This document shows positions 1-8,830 of a DNA stretch of 64,000 nucleotides, one piece after another. Location of the stretch: positions 1 through 64,000 of IMG/VR virus record IMGVR_UViG_3300002185_000031; one strand, written 5' to 3'. Each line of letters starts with the position of its first letter. Position 1 is the first letter of the stretch. The position numbers and the translations under genes were made by a program. Origin of the DNA: a virus. Taxonomy: Duplodnaviria; Caudoviricetes. The notes below the pieces were generated by a model that saw only the letters and a list, made by a program, of their open reading frames with translations, did no database searches and was not told where the DNA came from.

Positions 1-95
1 TTAGCGGCGGCGTTCATAGCGACGACTCGGACATCACAGTCATCATAAGCCAGCCATTTTTCGATTATCTCCAAGGGGATATTGTTAATTTTCAT
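1..95 (-). CDS. 5' part of a hypothetical (HEAT-like repeat) phage protein, runs off the window
   Basis: ATG at 95 with GGGAGG RBS; MKINNIPLEIIEKWLAYDDCDVRVVAMNAAA; upstream TTGACA-17-TAAAAT promoter. Confidence 0.55.
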   Translation of the reverse strand, partial: MKINNIPLEIIEKWLAYDDCDVRVVAMNAAA

Positions 96-200
96 AGTTT
101 TCTGCCTCCCTTATATTTAACTGGTACTACTATACATTTTATATCGTAAATTCTATTTTGTCAATAGGTTTTGAAAATTTTTTTAAATTATTTTTTGATA

Positions 201-230
201 AAAAATATCCCCTACGTAGGGGAATATTTT
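201..230 (-). terminator. Inverted repeat downstream of integrase, probable intrinsic terminator
   Basis: AAAATATCCCCTA-CG-TAGGGGAATATTTT palindrome followed by a T run on the minus strand. Confidence 0.5.
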
Positions 231-241
231 TCTTTTGCGCC

Positions 242-1222
242 TCATAGTCCACTCAAACTAGCAACAATTTTATCATTGTCCTTATCTTCCAACTCTTTTA
301 TGATGTGCAAATACACATCCTGCGTAACCGACACGTTGCTATGCCCTAACCTTCGCGATATGCTATGAATAGAAATACCTTTATACAAGAGAATAGATGC
401 ATGGGAATGGCGCAAACCATGTATAGTAATAACGGGTATTTCAGCTTTCTTACAAAGTTGCGTAAGTCTATAATTGACAGTTGAATTAAAGACATTATTG
501 CCATCAGCTATAAATATAGCCTTTTCAGCAGGCATATCAGCCGTCAACTCATCAAATTGCTTTGACAAATCCTTATCTATCAAAATTTTGCGCATAGATG
601 ATTTCGTTTTCGTTTCATCGGTGATTTTGCCTGTAATCTTATAATCAAAAGTCTTGTTTACAGTTATCATACGCTTTTCAAAGTCAAAATCGCCTCTTGT
701 AAGTGCCAAAGCCTCCGAAAATCGCAAGCCTGTTTTCAAACAAAGCAAAATGAACCAATCCCAATTTGTACCATTGTAAAGTCTTACTCTTCCGAGCTTG
801 TCTAATTTTTTCAGTTTATCCCTCAATATTGGCTCATCAAGCTCCAACAGCGCAATCAGCTTTTGACATTCGGCATAGTTCAAATATTTTTCTGTTTTTC
901 TGCTTTTGCGGGGATTGCACATGTTTTTGGTAATAACAACCTTTCGGCATGGGTCAACCTTCACCAATCCTTCATCTACAGCGTCTAAAATAGCGGCTTT
1001 TAGGCAATTATTAAAATCCCTCGTAGTAGTAGCATGGTGATTTTCGGAGTATTTATTGATAATTCCTTGATAAATGCGCTTGTTCATATCCCCTATTGCG
1101 AGGTTGGAATAATGAAGCTCAATAAATCTGATTGCCGCCTTGTATTTCATAAGTGTAACAGGACGCACCGCATTAACTTTATAGATATTAACCCACTCTT
1201 TATAATATTCACAAAAGGTCAA
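242..1222 (-). CDS. int: Tyrosine recombinase / phage integrase
   Basis: TGLRFSE, HGLRHSH, RLGH and VYLH give the R-H-R-H-Y catalytic set; N-terminal core-binding domain. Confidence 0.95.
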   Translation of the reverse strand: MTFCEYYKEWVNIYKVNAVRPVTLMKYKAAIRFIELHYSNLAIGDMNKRIYQGIINKYSENHHATTTRDFNNCLKAAILDAVDEGLVKVDPCRKVVITKNMCNPRKSRKTEKYLNYAECQKLIALLELDEPILRDKLKKLDKLGRVRLYNGTNWDWFILLCLKTGLRFSEALALTRGDFDFEKRMITVNKTFDYKITGKITDETKTKSSMRKILIDKDLSKQFDELTADMPAEKAIFIADGNNVFNSTVNYRLTQLCKKAEIPVITIHGLRHSHASILLYKGISIHSISRRLGHSNVSVTQDVYLHIIKELEDKDNDKIVASLSGL

Positions 1223-1884
1223 GTCATCACCGCCGATTCAACATGATTTTGATACCGCCGCTCAATAAACTGTACATTGAAATATTTAGCGCATCTTTCA
1301 CTATATGGCATTACGCTAATACTTGAAAATTCCTGCGCTAAATCTTTCTCGTTCTGAACCAAAAACGCCCCATAACATTCCCTTATAAGGCTATTGCAGT
1401 GCAAAATGGCGGCGTTCATGCCTCTAATAGCAACATTAAAAAGCAAAAATGGGATAGCCCTGTCACTCATTTCTTCCAATATATGCAAGTATTCTGATGG
1501 CTTATAGCGCAATGGGTGTGATTTTAGCCTAGTATTGTGCCAATGAGAGATACACATGCCGCCTGTACCGGCACACGATTCAAAATACATGCCGTTATCG
1601 TCTACAATGCTATTTATCAAATTAGATACCGACATGGGTGTAAAATCTTGCTTTTTGTCTTTGCGGTCGGCGTGTTCGAGTTCAAAATACTGATGGAACC
1701 AGTCATAATCCATTTTCCATTTAAAAAGCTCAAGAAATTGATGGAATATTTCCTCTCTTTCGATTTTGTCACCTAAGAGAATGTCTAATAGTCGCTGTGG
1801 GGCTTTATAAGATTCCGTTATTCCTAAAATATCGTTGATTTCTTGCATGTTACACCGCCTTTTCTTGTCTTGCCGCCATAGCAA
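1219..1884 (-). CDS. N-6 adenine DNA methyltransferase-like protein (SAM-binding part)
   Basis: QDFTPMSVS and FESCAGTGGM motifs; no NPPY-type motif visible. Confidence 0.75.
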   Translation of the reverse strand: MLWRQDKKRRCNMQEINDILGITESYKAPQRLLDILLGDKIEREEIFHQFLELFKWKMDYDWFHQYFELEHADRKDKKQDFTPMSVSNLINSIVDDNGMYFESCAGTGGMCISHWHNTRLKSHPLRYKPSEYLHILEEMSDRAIPFLLFNVAIRGMNAAILHCNSLIRECYGAFLVQNEKDLAQEFSSISVMPYSERCAKYFNVQFIERRYQNHVESAVMT

Positions 1885-3244
1885 ACTCTACATGACGATA
1901 ATATTTGTCTGGTATTTCAATACCCTTATCCAAACATCTATGAATTGCCCAAGCGAATTTATAACCCTTGGTTTGTTGAAATTGCCGCATTTCTTCCCAA
2001 GTTGTCAAAGTGTTAGAATAGCTAACGTGCTTATTCCACAATATGCTTTCTTCATCCACATGCATTAAATCGCTCACATCTGCAATGATACCCTCCTTTT
2101 GCGGAAACTGATACCCGCATGAGCAAATTCTAGCAGAGGCATGTAAAACCTCATCACATTTCGGGCATACTTTTACAGGCGCATCACCTTTTTGTTTGGA
2201 TTTTGGGGCGGGGGATAGGCTATATTCGTGTTCCTCACTTGGTAAGCCATGTTCTAAAATATTCGCTGCACAATCAAGGATTATGCCCTGTTTATCGGGA
2301 TTATTTGGGTCATATCTCATGCAACGCATGGACATTTGGATATATAAGACGTGGGATTTTGTTTTTCTTAGTAGCATTACACATTCGCAATCTTTCACGT
2401 CCACCCCTTCGCCAAACAGCTCGCAATTACATAATATTTCAATATCACTATTTCGGAATCGTTCCATCAACTCCGCTCGTTCTTTTTTGGGAGTATCAGC
2501 CGAAATGCAAGCCGCACGATACCCATTTTCGCAAAAGGTTCTAGCCGTTTCTTGTGCCGCCTTAACCGATACATTGTACACGATTGCTTTTTTGCCTTGT
2601 GCGTATTTGGCATATGCTTTGACGGTATCGGTGTAAACTTGCTCGTTTTCAAATGATATCGCCATTTTTTTAATGTCATATTCGCCATATTTGACTTTTA
2701 GCTCTGATAAATCAGTCATATTAAGGCTATAGCACTTTTCGGGAGCTAAAAATTTGTTATCTATTAGCCAGCGGACAGTCGAGCCTTTAATTATCACCTC
2801 GAAAATGTCGGCAAGTGATTCTTTTTTTGACAATCTAACAGGTGTGGCGGTAAAACCAATTAGGGAGCAGTCTGCCCATTCGATAACACGCCTATAGGAT
2901 GTACTGGAAGCGTGATGGCATTCATCCGCTATCAACAAATCTGGCTTTGGTATTTTATTAATGCGCCGTGATATCGTTTGTACCATGCCTATATGACATA
3001 ATGACATATCAACGCCGCATTTTATAAAAGTTTCTGTTAATTGCTGGCAAAGCTCCTGTCTATGAACTATCAACAGCACCTTCTTACCTTTTGCCGTTGC
3101 CATTTTTGCGATATGGGCGGCAATAACGCTCTTGCCGCCCCCACAGCTTAATTGCAGCAGTATGTTTTTATAGCCTTTTTTTAATGCATTTCGGGTATCT
3201 AACAGCATTTTTTGTTGATGGTCGTATAGTTGAAATATGGTCAC
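1850..3244 (-). CDS. Superfamily 2 (DEAD/DEAH-like) helicase with C-terminal Zn ribbon
   Basis: LSCGGGKS Walker A, ADECHH, FTATP, QMSMRCMR, CPKC..CSCG. Confidence 0.9.
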   Translation of the reverse strand: MTIFQLYDHQQKMLLDTRNALKKGYKNILLQLSCGGGKSVIAAHIAKMATAKGKKVLLIVHRQELCQQLTETFIKCGVDMSLCHIGMVQTISRRINKIPKPDLLIADECHHASSTSYRRVIEWADCSLIGFTATPVRLSKKESLADIFEVIIKGSTVRWLIDNKFLAPEKCYSLNMTDLSELKVKYGEYDIKKMAISFENEQVYTDTVKAYAKYAQGKKAIVYNVSVKAAQETARTFCENGYRAACISADTPKKERAELMERFRNSDIEILCNCELFGEGVDVKDCECVMLLRKTKSHVLYIQMSMRCMRYDPNNPDKQGIILDCAANILEHGLPSEEHEYSLSPAPKSKQKGDAPVKVCPKCDEVLHASARICSCGYQFPQKEGIIADVSDLMHVDEESILWNKHVSYSNTLTTWEEMRQFQQTKGYKFAWAIHRCLDKGIEIPDKYYRHVEFAMAARQEKAV

Positions 3245-3264
3245 ACCGCCTTTCTGTGCAATAA

Positions 3265-3624
3265 CTATTTCTTGTATTTTTTAACTGATTCTTTATATTC
3301 GCTTACTGTCAAAAATCTTTGCCTTTGCTCATCCCATAAATACCTATTGCGATTATGGGCATTTTCTAGGTCTTGCTTTAGTTTTTGGTTTTCTTGCTGC
3401 AACCTATTAAGTTTGCTTAAAAGCATAGCGTATTTATAATCTGCCATTTCTTGATTATTCTTAGTCATTGAATCTAGGCATTGCTTATACGAGCAATTTT
3501 CACTATTGCATTTTTGTGGTTTTCTTCTTTTGGTAAGATGTGGATTCCAAAAAACAATAATAAGAGCAACTAAAATAATAATGATATTCCAGCCTAATAT
3601 AAATATTAGCATATTATGTATCAT
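3265..3624 (-). CDS. Hypothetical protein, N-terminal TM helix and coiled coil
   Basis: ORF in operon with a hydrophobic N-terminus. Confidence 0.55.
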   Translation of the reverse strand: MIHNMLIFILGWNIIIILVALIIVFWNPHLTKRRKPQKCNSENCSYKQCLDSMTKNNQEMADYKYAMLLSKLNRLQQENQKLKQDLENAHNRNRYLWDEQRQRFLTVSEYKESVKKYKK

Positions 3625-3988
3625 TCCTTTCTGTAATCTTTTCTAAAATACTAACACATTCCGCAACCCAATCCCGCACAGATGGAAGATTTTGGCGTAC
3701 ACTTTCATCAATCTGCCAAACATTCAACGAAAACAAAATATTCTCTTGAAATTTCAAAAATGCTTGTTTTCGTGCTAATTCTTCCATTTTCACAGCGGTA
3801 TTACTAACCATTATTTTCCCTTCAAATTCTTCACACCTCGATTGCTTTCCTGTGTTATATTTATAATTTGGGCTGTTGGAATTAAAGCATTGCATTATCT
3901 TCAAAATATTGTCTGTATAAACGCTCTTATATTCATGAGGCTGATAATGTTTGCAAAGCGCACAACTTCTTATAGTTATTTTTGGCAT
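3614..3988 (-). CDS. Hypothetical Cys-containing phage protein
   Basis: RBS GGAGGTGA; CxxC...C...C pattern. Confidence 0.6.
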   Translation of the reverse strand: MPKITIRSCALCKHYQPHEYKSVYTDNILKIMQCFNSNSPNYKYNTGKQSRCEEFEGKIMVSNTAVKMEELARKQAFLKFQENILFSLNVWQIDESVRQNLPSVRDWVAECVSILEKITERNDT

Positions 3989-3992
3989 AATA

Positions 3993-4199
3993 TCACCTCC
4001 GATTAGTCACATACCAACCCCCGCAAAAGGCGCATTTATAACAGTTCCATCTTTGCCATCTTACGCCATATTTTGATTTTATAAAGGCATACGCATCTTC
4101 GCATGATGGGTAATACTTTTTACGTAAGCATGATTTGTAGGGGTTGGTTAGCGTTTTTGTGCTTAATGGTTTCTTTTTGGGTTCGTTGTTATGTTTCAT
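3993..4199 (-). CDS. Small Zn-finger-like phage protein
   Basis: CLRKKYY...YKCAFCGGWYVT; coupled to nadE stop. Confidence 0.6.
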   Translation of the reverse strand: MKHNNEPKKKPLSTKTLTNPYKSCLRKKYYPSCEDAYAFIKSKYGVRWQRWNCYKCAFCGGWYVTNRR

Positions 4200-4933
4200 T
4201 GTTCAAATGTAGGTATGGGGTTTCTTTTGTGATAACTATTTTCGTGCAAAACCATAATCCTCTTGTCTATATCACAATCTCCAGATGTGCCAGATATTAT
4301 AAAATCGTCAAGCTGCTCATAAGAGAATCCAAAAGCCTCCTCATCTGTTTTATCTTGCAATCCGTCAATTGGCGTTTTTTCAATTAGATGTTCAGGCAAC
4401 CCCAGCTCGTATCCTATTGCCTTAACTTGACGGAATAGCAGATTACCTAAAGGCGAAAAATCGCCTCTGTCATCACCATTTTTCGTACTCCAACCGATAT
4501 ATTTTTCGCTTGCATTGCAAGTGTTGGCTACTCTGCCGCCTAAAGAACCCGCAACGGCGTACAGTATTGTCATTCTTATTCTGGCAGGGGTATTTATGGT
4601 TGTTATATCCGATAGCTTAATTTCACTAAGTGATATCTCCTGTAAAAGGTTTTTAGTTATTTGACCGATATTGATTACATGCGCATCGATGCCTAATAGT
4701 TTACACACTTCCCAAGATGTAGCGATATCATACTGTTCTCCATCAGGCATTAAAACTCCTATAACCCTATCTTTACCCAAAGCCTCCACGCATAGAGCAG
4801 CGGTTATTGTGGAATCCTTGCCGCCGCTTATGCCGATCATTGCTTTTGTTTCGGGTGTTCCATTTTTGACGAAATAATCTTGAATCCATTTTATTAGTTG
4901 GCTTTTTGTTTCTTTTGCGCTAAAAGTATTCAT
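4196..4933 (-). CDS. nadE: NH3-dependent NAD+ synthetase
   Basis: GISGGKDS PP-loop, NTPARIRM, NASEKYIGWSTKNGD; no glutaminase domain. Confidence 0.92.
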   Translation of the reverse strand: MNTFSAKETKSQLIKWIQDYFVKNGTPETKAMIGISGGKDSTITAALCVEALGKDRVIGVLMPDGEQYDIATSWEVCKLLGIDAHVINIGQITKNLLQEISLSEIKLSDITTINTPARIRMTILYAVAGSLGGRVANTCNASEKYIGWSTKNGDDRGDFSPLGNLLFRQVKAIGYELGLPEHLIEKTPIDGLQDKTDEEAFGFSYEQLDDFIISGTSGDCDIDKRIMVLHENSYHKRNPIPTFEQ

Positions 4934-6429
4934 CAGAATCCTCCTTTATGCAATCTTTGTCGTATATTGAATAATGACTGTTCATTCATTATCATGCCAT
5001 CATAAAAAACAGTTTGCAACAAATTTGCACTATTAACACTCACAAGCCATTGGTTTAAAGTCTGAGGCGTGAATCCGTCTTGACAAACTAATTCGCCATT
5101 ATTATTCTGGTACACCACGCATAATCCTTTTTGTGACTTTTTAAAGCTACCCGTATCGGTTTTCGGGTCTTTGAAAATCATTATTGGCTTGCCGTCAACC
5201 TCGCAATAGGTGCTTTTGATTGCTATGCCAAATGTATCTCGTGAGAATGGCTTTAATTCGCCGTTTTCTTCTTCAAAACATTGCATAGCAAAGCTCCCAG
5301 AGGCTAAAGCCGCATTGTTGCAAGCAAATCCGTTATTTGCCAACTCGCTGTAGATTTCCTCCAACCTTTGCGGGGTTACGCTATCGCCATATACTGCTTT
5401 TATAGCGGGGTTAAGGACTTTATAGCCCTTGCTGTTGACTGTACCGCCAAAAATATCCCATAACTTATAGACAGTTTTCGTGATAATTTCAACTATATTG
5501 CCACTATCACCTCTTATCCCCAAAAAGCCTTTATGAGCTAAAATCTCATTTTTACATTGTGGGATTATATTATCTACAAAATTCCAGTAATCATAAGAAT
5601 CAGCGACAATGTTAAAGCTGTCATTGGGATAAATTTCAGTTAGCAGCCGTTTTAGCATGGTTATTTCATCACCATCAATGGCGAAACTGCTATTCATCAC
5701 AGAATGTTCAGTCGAAGTCAACCCATACGCCACAGCATCATTTTCTAAATCTGCACCATAGTAATCTCGCATATACAAGAGCATTGGAACTGTTGCAGTA
5801 TTGAGAAACGACAGGGCAAACCCAGCACTTGATTTAATCGCACTTTCAATGCTTTCCTGCCCTCTCATTGAAAAATCGCCGATTGCTCTTGCTTTTGAGA
5901 AATTATCAACTGTCAAATCGTAATACTTATCAACAATCTGCCGATACCAAAAACCTACTGTTGCGGATAATTGCGTATGCCATAGCGTACAGGACAATGA
6001 TGTTTCAAGCGTATTCACCAGCCATGCAAAATCAGGGTGAGTATTGGATATTTCAAACATTGGTACGCCAACAGGTACAAGCGTACCCTCGGCTAAAGAT
6101 TTTATTTGGATTGGCAAATAGCCTAAATCGTGCAGTTTTTCGATTTTATCATAATTGACAATGCCTTTTCCTAGTGCGCTATCCATCACGAGCTGATATT
6201 CTGACATTACTTTTTCTTTTGGTTGGTTGAAGAAGTGGTTGTTAAAACCGTCTATTAAATATTGCTTGATGTAGCCCTGCAAGCCGAAGTGTACAAGATG
6301 ATTTTTGTCTTTTAATCGGCTCATTCGTGGTGTGTAGTATGATACTATTTTTGTTGTAGTTTTGGGGTATTGGTCGTGATGCGTGGCTTTGTAGAAGTCA
6401 ATCAAAAGCAAGGGGTTATAAATATTCAT
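4933..6429 (-). CDS. Nampt/Namat-family phosphoribosyltransferase (NadV-like fold)
   Basis: DFYKATHH, DFSMRG, STEHSVM, VADSYD, IRGDSG, YGDSVT, KKSQKG motifs. Confidence 0.9.
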   Translation of the reverse strand: MNIYNPLLLIDFYKATHHDQYPKTTTKIVSYYTPRMSRLKDKNHLVHFGLQGYIKQYLIDGFNNHFFNQPKEKVMSEYQLVMDSALGKGIVNYDKIEKLHDLGYLPIQIKSLAEGTLVPVGVPMFEISNTHPDFAWLVNTLETSLSCTLWHTQLSATVGFWYRQIVDKYYDLTVDNFSKARAIGDFSMRGQESIESAIKSSAGFALSFLNTATVPMLLYMRDYYGADLENDAVAYGLTSTEHSVMNSSFAIDGDEITMLKRLLTEIYPNDSFNIVADSYDYWNFVDNIIPQCKNEILAHKGFLGIRGDSGNIVEIITKTVYKLWDIFGGTVNSKGYKVLNPAIKAVYGDSVTPQRLEEIYSELANNGFACNNAALASGSFAMQCFEEENGELKPFSRDTFGIAIKSTYCEVDGKPIMIFKDPKTDTGSFKKSQKGLCVVYQNNNGELVCQDGFTPQTLNQWLVSVNSANLLQTVFYDGMIMNEQSLFNIRQRLHKGGF

Positions 6430-7208
6430 CCAATCACCTCAATCAACGGATGCTCACCAGTAAATATACTATTAGTCGTATATATCCGTTCTAACAATCC
6501 GCTATTAATAAGTTTGCCCTGCAAGATACTATTTTCGCAATGAGTAACATACAAATAAATTTTATCTGCGCCCATTTCTTTTAGCTTTTCTGCTGATTTT
6601 AAAAAAGTTGTGCCATAAGAGCAAATATCGTCTACGATTAGCACATTAAACGGCTCTTTTGGAATATCGCCTATGATATCAAGCCGCAAAATATCTCCAT
6701 TTTGCCAGTTGCGCTGCTTAATCCCAAACGCATAAGGGAAGTTTAGCTTGTCGGCATATCGTTTGACTGCGCCCTCATCGGGATAGAAAACTATATCTTT
6801 TTCTCTTTGCAGCCCTAAATTTCTTTCTATTACTTTATTCACCATATTTGGAATCTGATAAGATTTATTGAGCAATGCCAATGCGACAGGCGAATGTACA
6901 TCGTGCAATTCAACAAACTCAAACCCGATTGAATTTATCAACTCGCAAAAGTATTTCAGCGTAAATACTCTGGAGCGGTCTTTTATAAAATCCTCTCTTG
7001 CATATGGGAGATACGGCATTATAAGCCCTAAAGAGCCGTATTTTTCTTTAAAATGCCTTGCTATGAAATAAAAAGGCATTTCTTCATTTGGTTCATATTT
7101 CCATTCTATAAATGAATTTTCACGAGAATCAAGATTTTCTGCTTTGATTCTTGGCGTTCCATCAGGATAATGCTCAATGGGTATTTGTGTACCATTTATA
7201 AAAATCAT
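6426..7208 (-). CDS. Ribose-phosphate pyrophosphokinase-like protein (Prs/Adps-like)
   Basis: YPDG, MPYLPYARED, DVHS, PDEGAVKR, IVDDICSYGTTF PRPP-binding motif. Confidence 0.88.
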   Translation of the reverse strand: MIFINGTQIPIEHYPDGTPRIKAENLDSRENSFIEWKYEPNEEMPFYFIARHFKEKYGSLGLIMPYLPYAREDFIKDRSRVFTLKYFCELINSIGFEFVELHDVHSPVALALLNKSYQIPNMVNKVIERNLGLQREKDIVFYPDEGAVKRYADKLNFPYAFGIKQRNWQNGDILRLDIIGDIPKEPFNVLIVDDICSYGTTFLKSAEKLKEMGADKIYLYVTHCENSILQGKLINSGLLERIYTTNSIFTGEHPLIEVIG

Positions 7209-7801
7209 ACGTCATTACCTCCATTCGTTAATCTATGTTCGTAATACTCCAAACTGCCCCAATTAATTCTATCATGTTGCCAATTCAAAACATCAATCTG
7301 ACACATCTGCATTGATTTCAAGGCAGCATTATGGCTAATTGCAGTTACGCAACCGCAACAGTCAGCATCAACTATTATTCGTGTTTCGGGGAGCTGCGCT
7401 TTTAGGATTATGGCATTGCTTAAAACACAGATACCCGTACAAACGCCGATTAATTCAATTTCATCATATCGTTGTAAATTCCATAATTCATTTAGCCCTG
7501 TAGTTCCAAAATGCGCTTTGCGGTGTATAGAGTATGGACTTGCATAAGGTCGTAATTCTGGTATGATTTTCCATCCCTCCGTATCTTCAATACAATGCTC
7601 AACAGGCAGATATCGCCCTTCTTGGGTTTGTAGATAGTCTGTTTGATGGGTGTCCTTTGTGAAAATCACATGATGTCCATTGCTTTGATATTCATTGATT
7701 TTATCTTGGACTTTTGGGATTATCTCCTTGGCTCTGTTTGTACCTAGTACACCTGTTACGAAGTCATTTTGCATATCCACCACTATCAAAATTTTGCTCA
7801 T
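7205..7801 (-). CDS. pncA: Nicotinamidase / isochorismatase-family cysteine hydrolase
   Basis: VVDMQNDF, DTH, EHC, RK, GVCTGICV (D-K-C triad and metal ligands). Confidence 0.85.
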   Translation of the reverse strand: MSKILIVVDMQNDFVTGVLGTNRAKEIIPKVQDKINEYQSNGHHVIFTKDTHQTDYLQTQEGRYLPVEHCIEDTEGWKIIPELRPYASPYSIHRKAHFGTTGLNELWNLQRYDEIELIGVCTGICVLSNAIILKAQLPETRIIVDADCCGCVTAISHNAALKSMQMCQIDVLNWQHDRINWGSLEYYEHRLTNGGNDV

Positions 7802-7802
7802 T

Positions 7803-8044
7803 TTAATTCCTCCTTTTTCGTTTATCTTGCTGCTCTTCGAGTTTTCTTTCCATCATTTTGAATATCCAGTGTCCAAATTTCAACAATAGAATAAATGGCA
7901 ATACCATAAGCATTATAGGCCAAAAATGCCGATTAGGGCAGTGAAAACTTCATTGTTATCCACATAAACGCTAACAATCGCTGCGCTGACTGCACCAACA
8001 AGAATATACCCTAAAATACATAGAATTACTACAACCCAAATCAT
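7803..8044 (-). pseudogene. Small membrane protein with a 1-nt frameshift in a T-run
   Basis: MIWVVVILCILGYILVG...IGIF stops early; adding one T at ~7922-7927 continues WPIMLMVLPFILLLKFGHW...RRN. Confidence 0.45.
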
Positions 8045-8170
8045 TTTATCGCCTTCCAGACTTCATTCATAGAAATTTCCTTAATAATTGCGCCATCTCT
8101 AACAAACAACGCTTGATTTTCTTCTATCACATATTCAACAGGCTCGACTTCGTACAACATAAAGTCTTTA

Positions 8171-8803
8171 TCATTTGACACTCCCCACGCCTAAAGGCGG
8201 GGGCTTTACGGCACAAGTGGTAAAGTCAAATATTTTGCTAAAGTATACGACATCATAAGTTTGCAACGGCATCCACCATGATACTGTATCGCCTTGCTTT
8301 TTATGATATGCCGATATCTTCATAAGGGAAAGATTGGGGAATGTTTTATTAGGCATGTGGTCTTTTTCTGCATCATGTAAACCTATCAGCACATTTTCAC
8401 CCCCCAAATACCTCAAAATCAAATCTCTAGCCTCCTCCCATCCATAACAAAAACAAACTTTATACCCCTGCCCCTGCAATTTCATAGCCCATTTAATTTG
8501 ATTATCGGTTTCCCCGCCAATTCTCAAATAACCATCATCTGCTATTTTGGGCTTTTTTAGTTTGGCTTCGGGCTTTTTTAGTTCTATGAATAGCCCATGA
8601 TAGCCATTTTTCGCAATAGGCAAAAACAAATCTGGCACTCCTGCCCTTACGCCTGTTGCCCTTAGCTTCATTGCGATGATTTTATTGCGCAAGCCGCCAT
8701 TTGGGATTGCGAATAATAGGGAAAGTTCAGGGTAGATGTTTAAATTTTGATTCACCCATGAAAATAATGCCATTTGATGTTGCTCTTCTGATTTTGGGTT
8801 CAT
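8171..8803 (-). CDS. VRR-NUC nuclease read through into a truncated second gene and the IS scar
   Basis: LFAIPNGG, GVPDLFL, FIELK (VRR-NUC); then a PNLSLMKISAYHKKQGD fragment; last 15 codons are IS hairpin DNA. Confidence 0.8.
   Translation of the reverse strand: MNPKSEEQHQMALFSWVNQNLNIYPELSLLFAIPNGGLRNKIIAMKLRATGVRAGVPDLFLPIAKNGYHGLFIELKKPEAKLKKPKIADDGYLRIGGETDNQIKWAMKLQGQGYKVCFCYGWEEARDLILRYLGGENVLIGLHDAEKDHMPNKTFPNLSLMKISAYHKKQGDTVSWWMPLQTYDVVYFSKIFDFTTCAVKPPPLGVGSVK
8175..8219 (-). mobile_element. 45-bp IS200/IS605-like end remnant (single hairpin)
   Basis: TTAC|CACTTGTGCCGTAAAG-CCCCCGCCTTTAGGCGTGGGG-AGTGTCAA; hairpin resembles the ends of the tnpB element at 51.75-52.99 kb. Confidence 0.65.
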
Positions 8804-8830
8804 TTTCCCTCCTTTTTGGCAATCAAATAA

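Noticed and set aside
1-241. attL/attP boundary beside the integrase
   Set aside because: No tRNA or duplicated core sequence found, and a promoter plus a phage-like ORF continue leftward.
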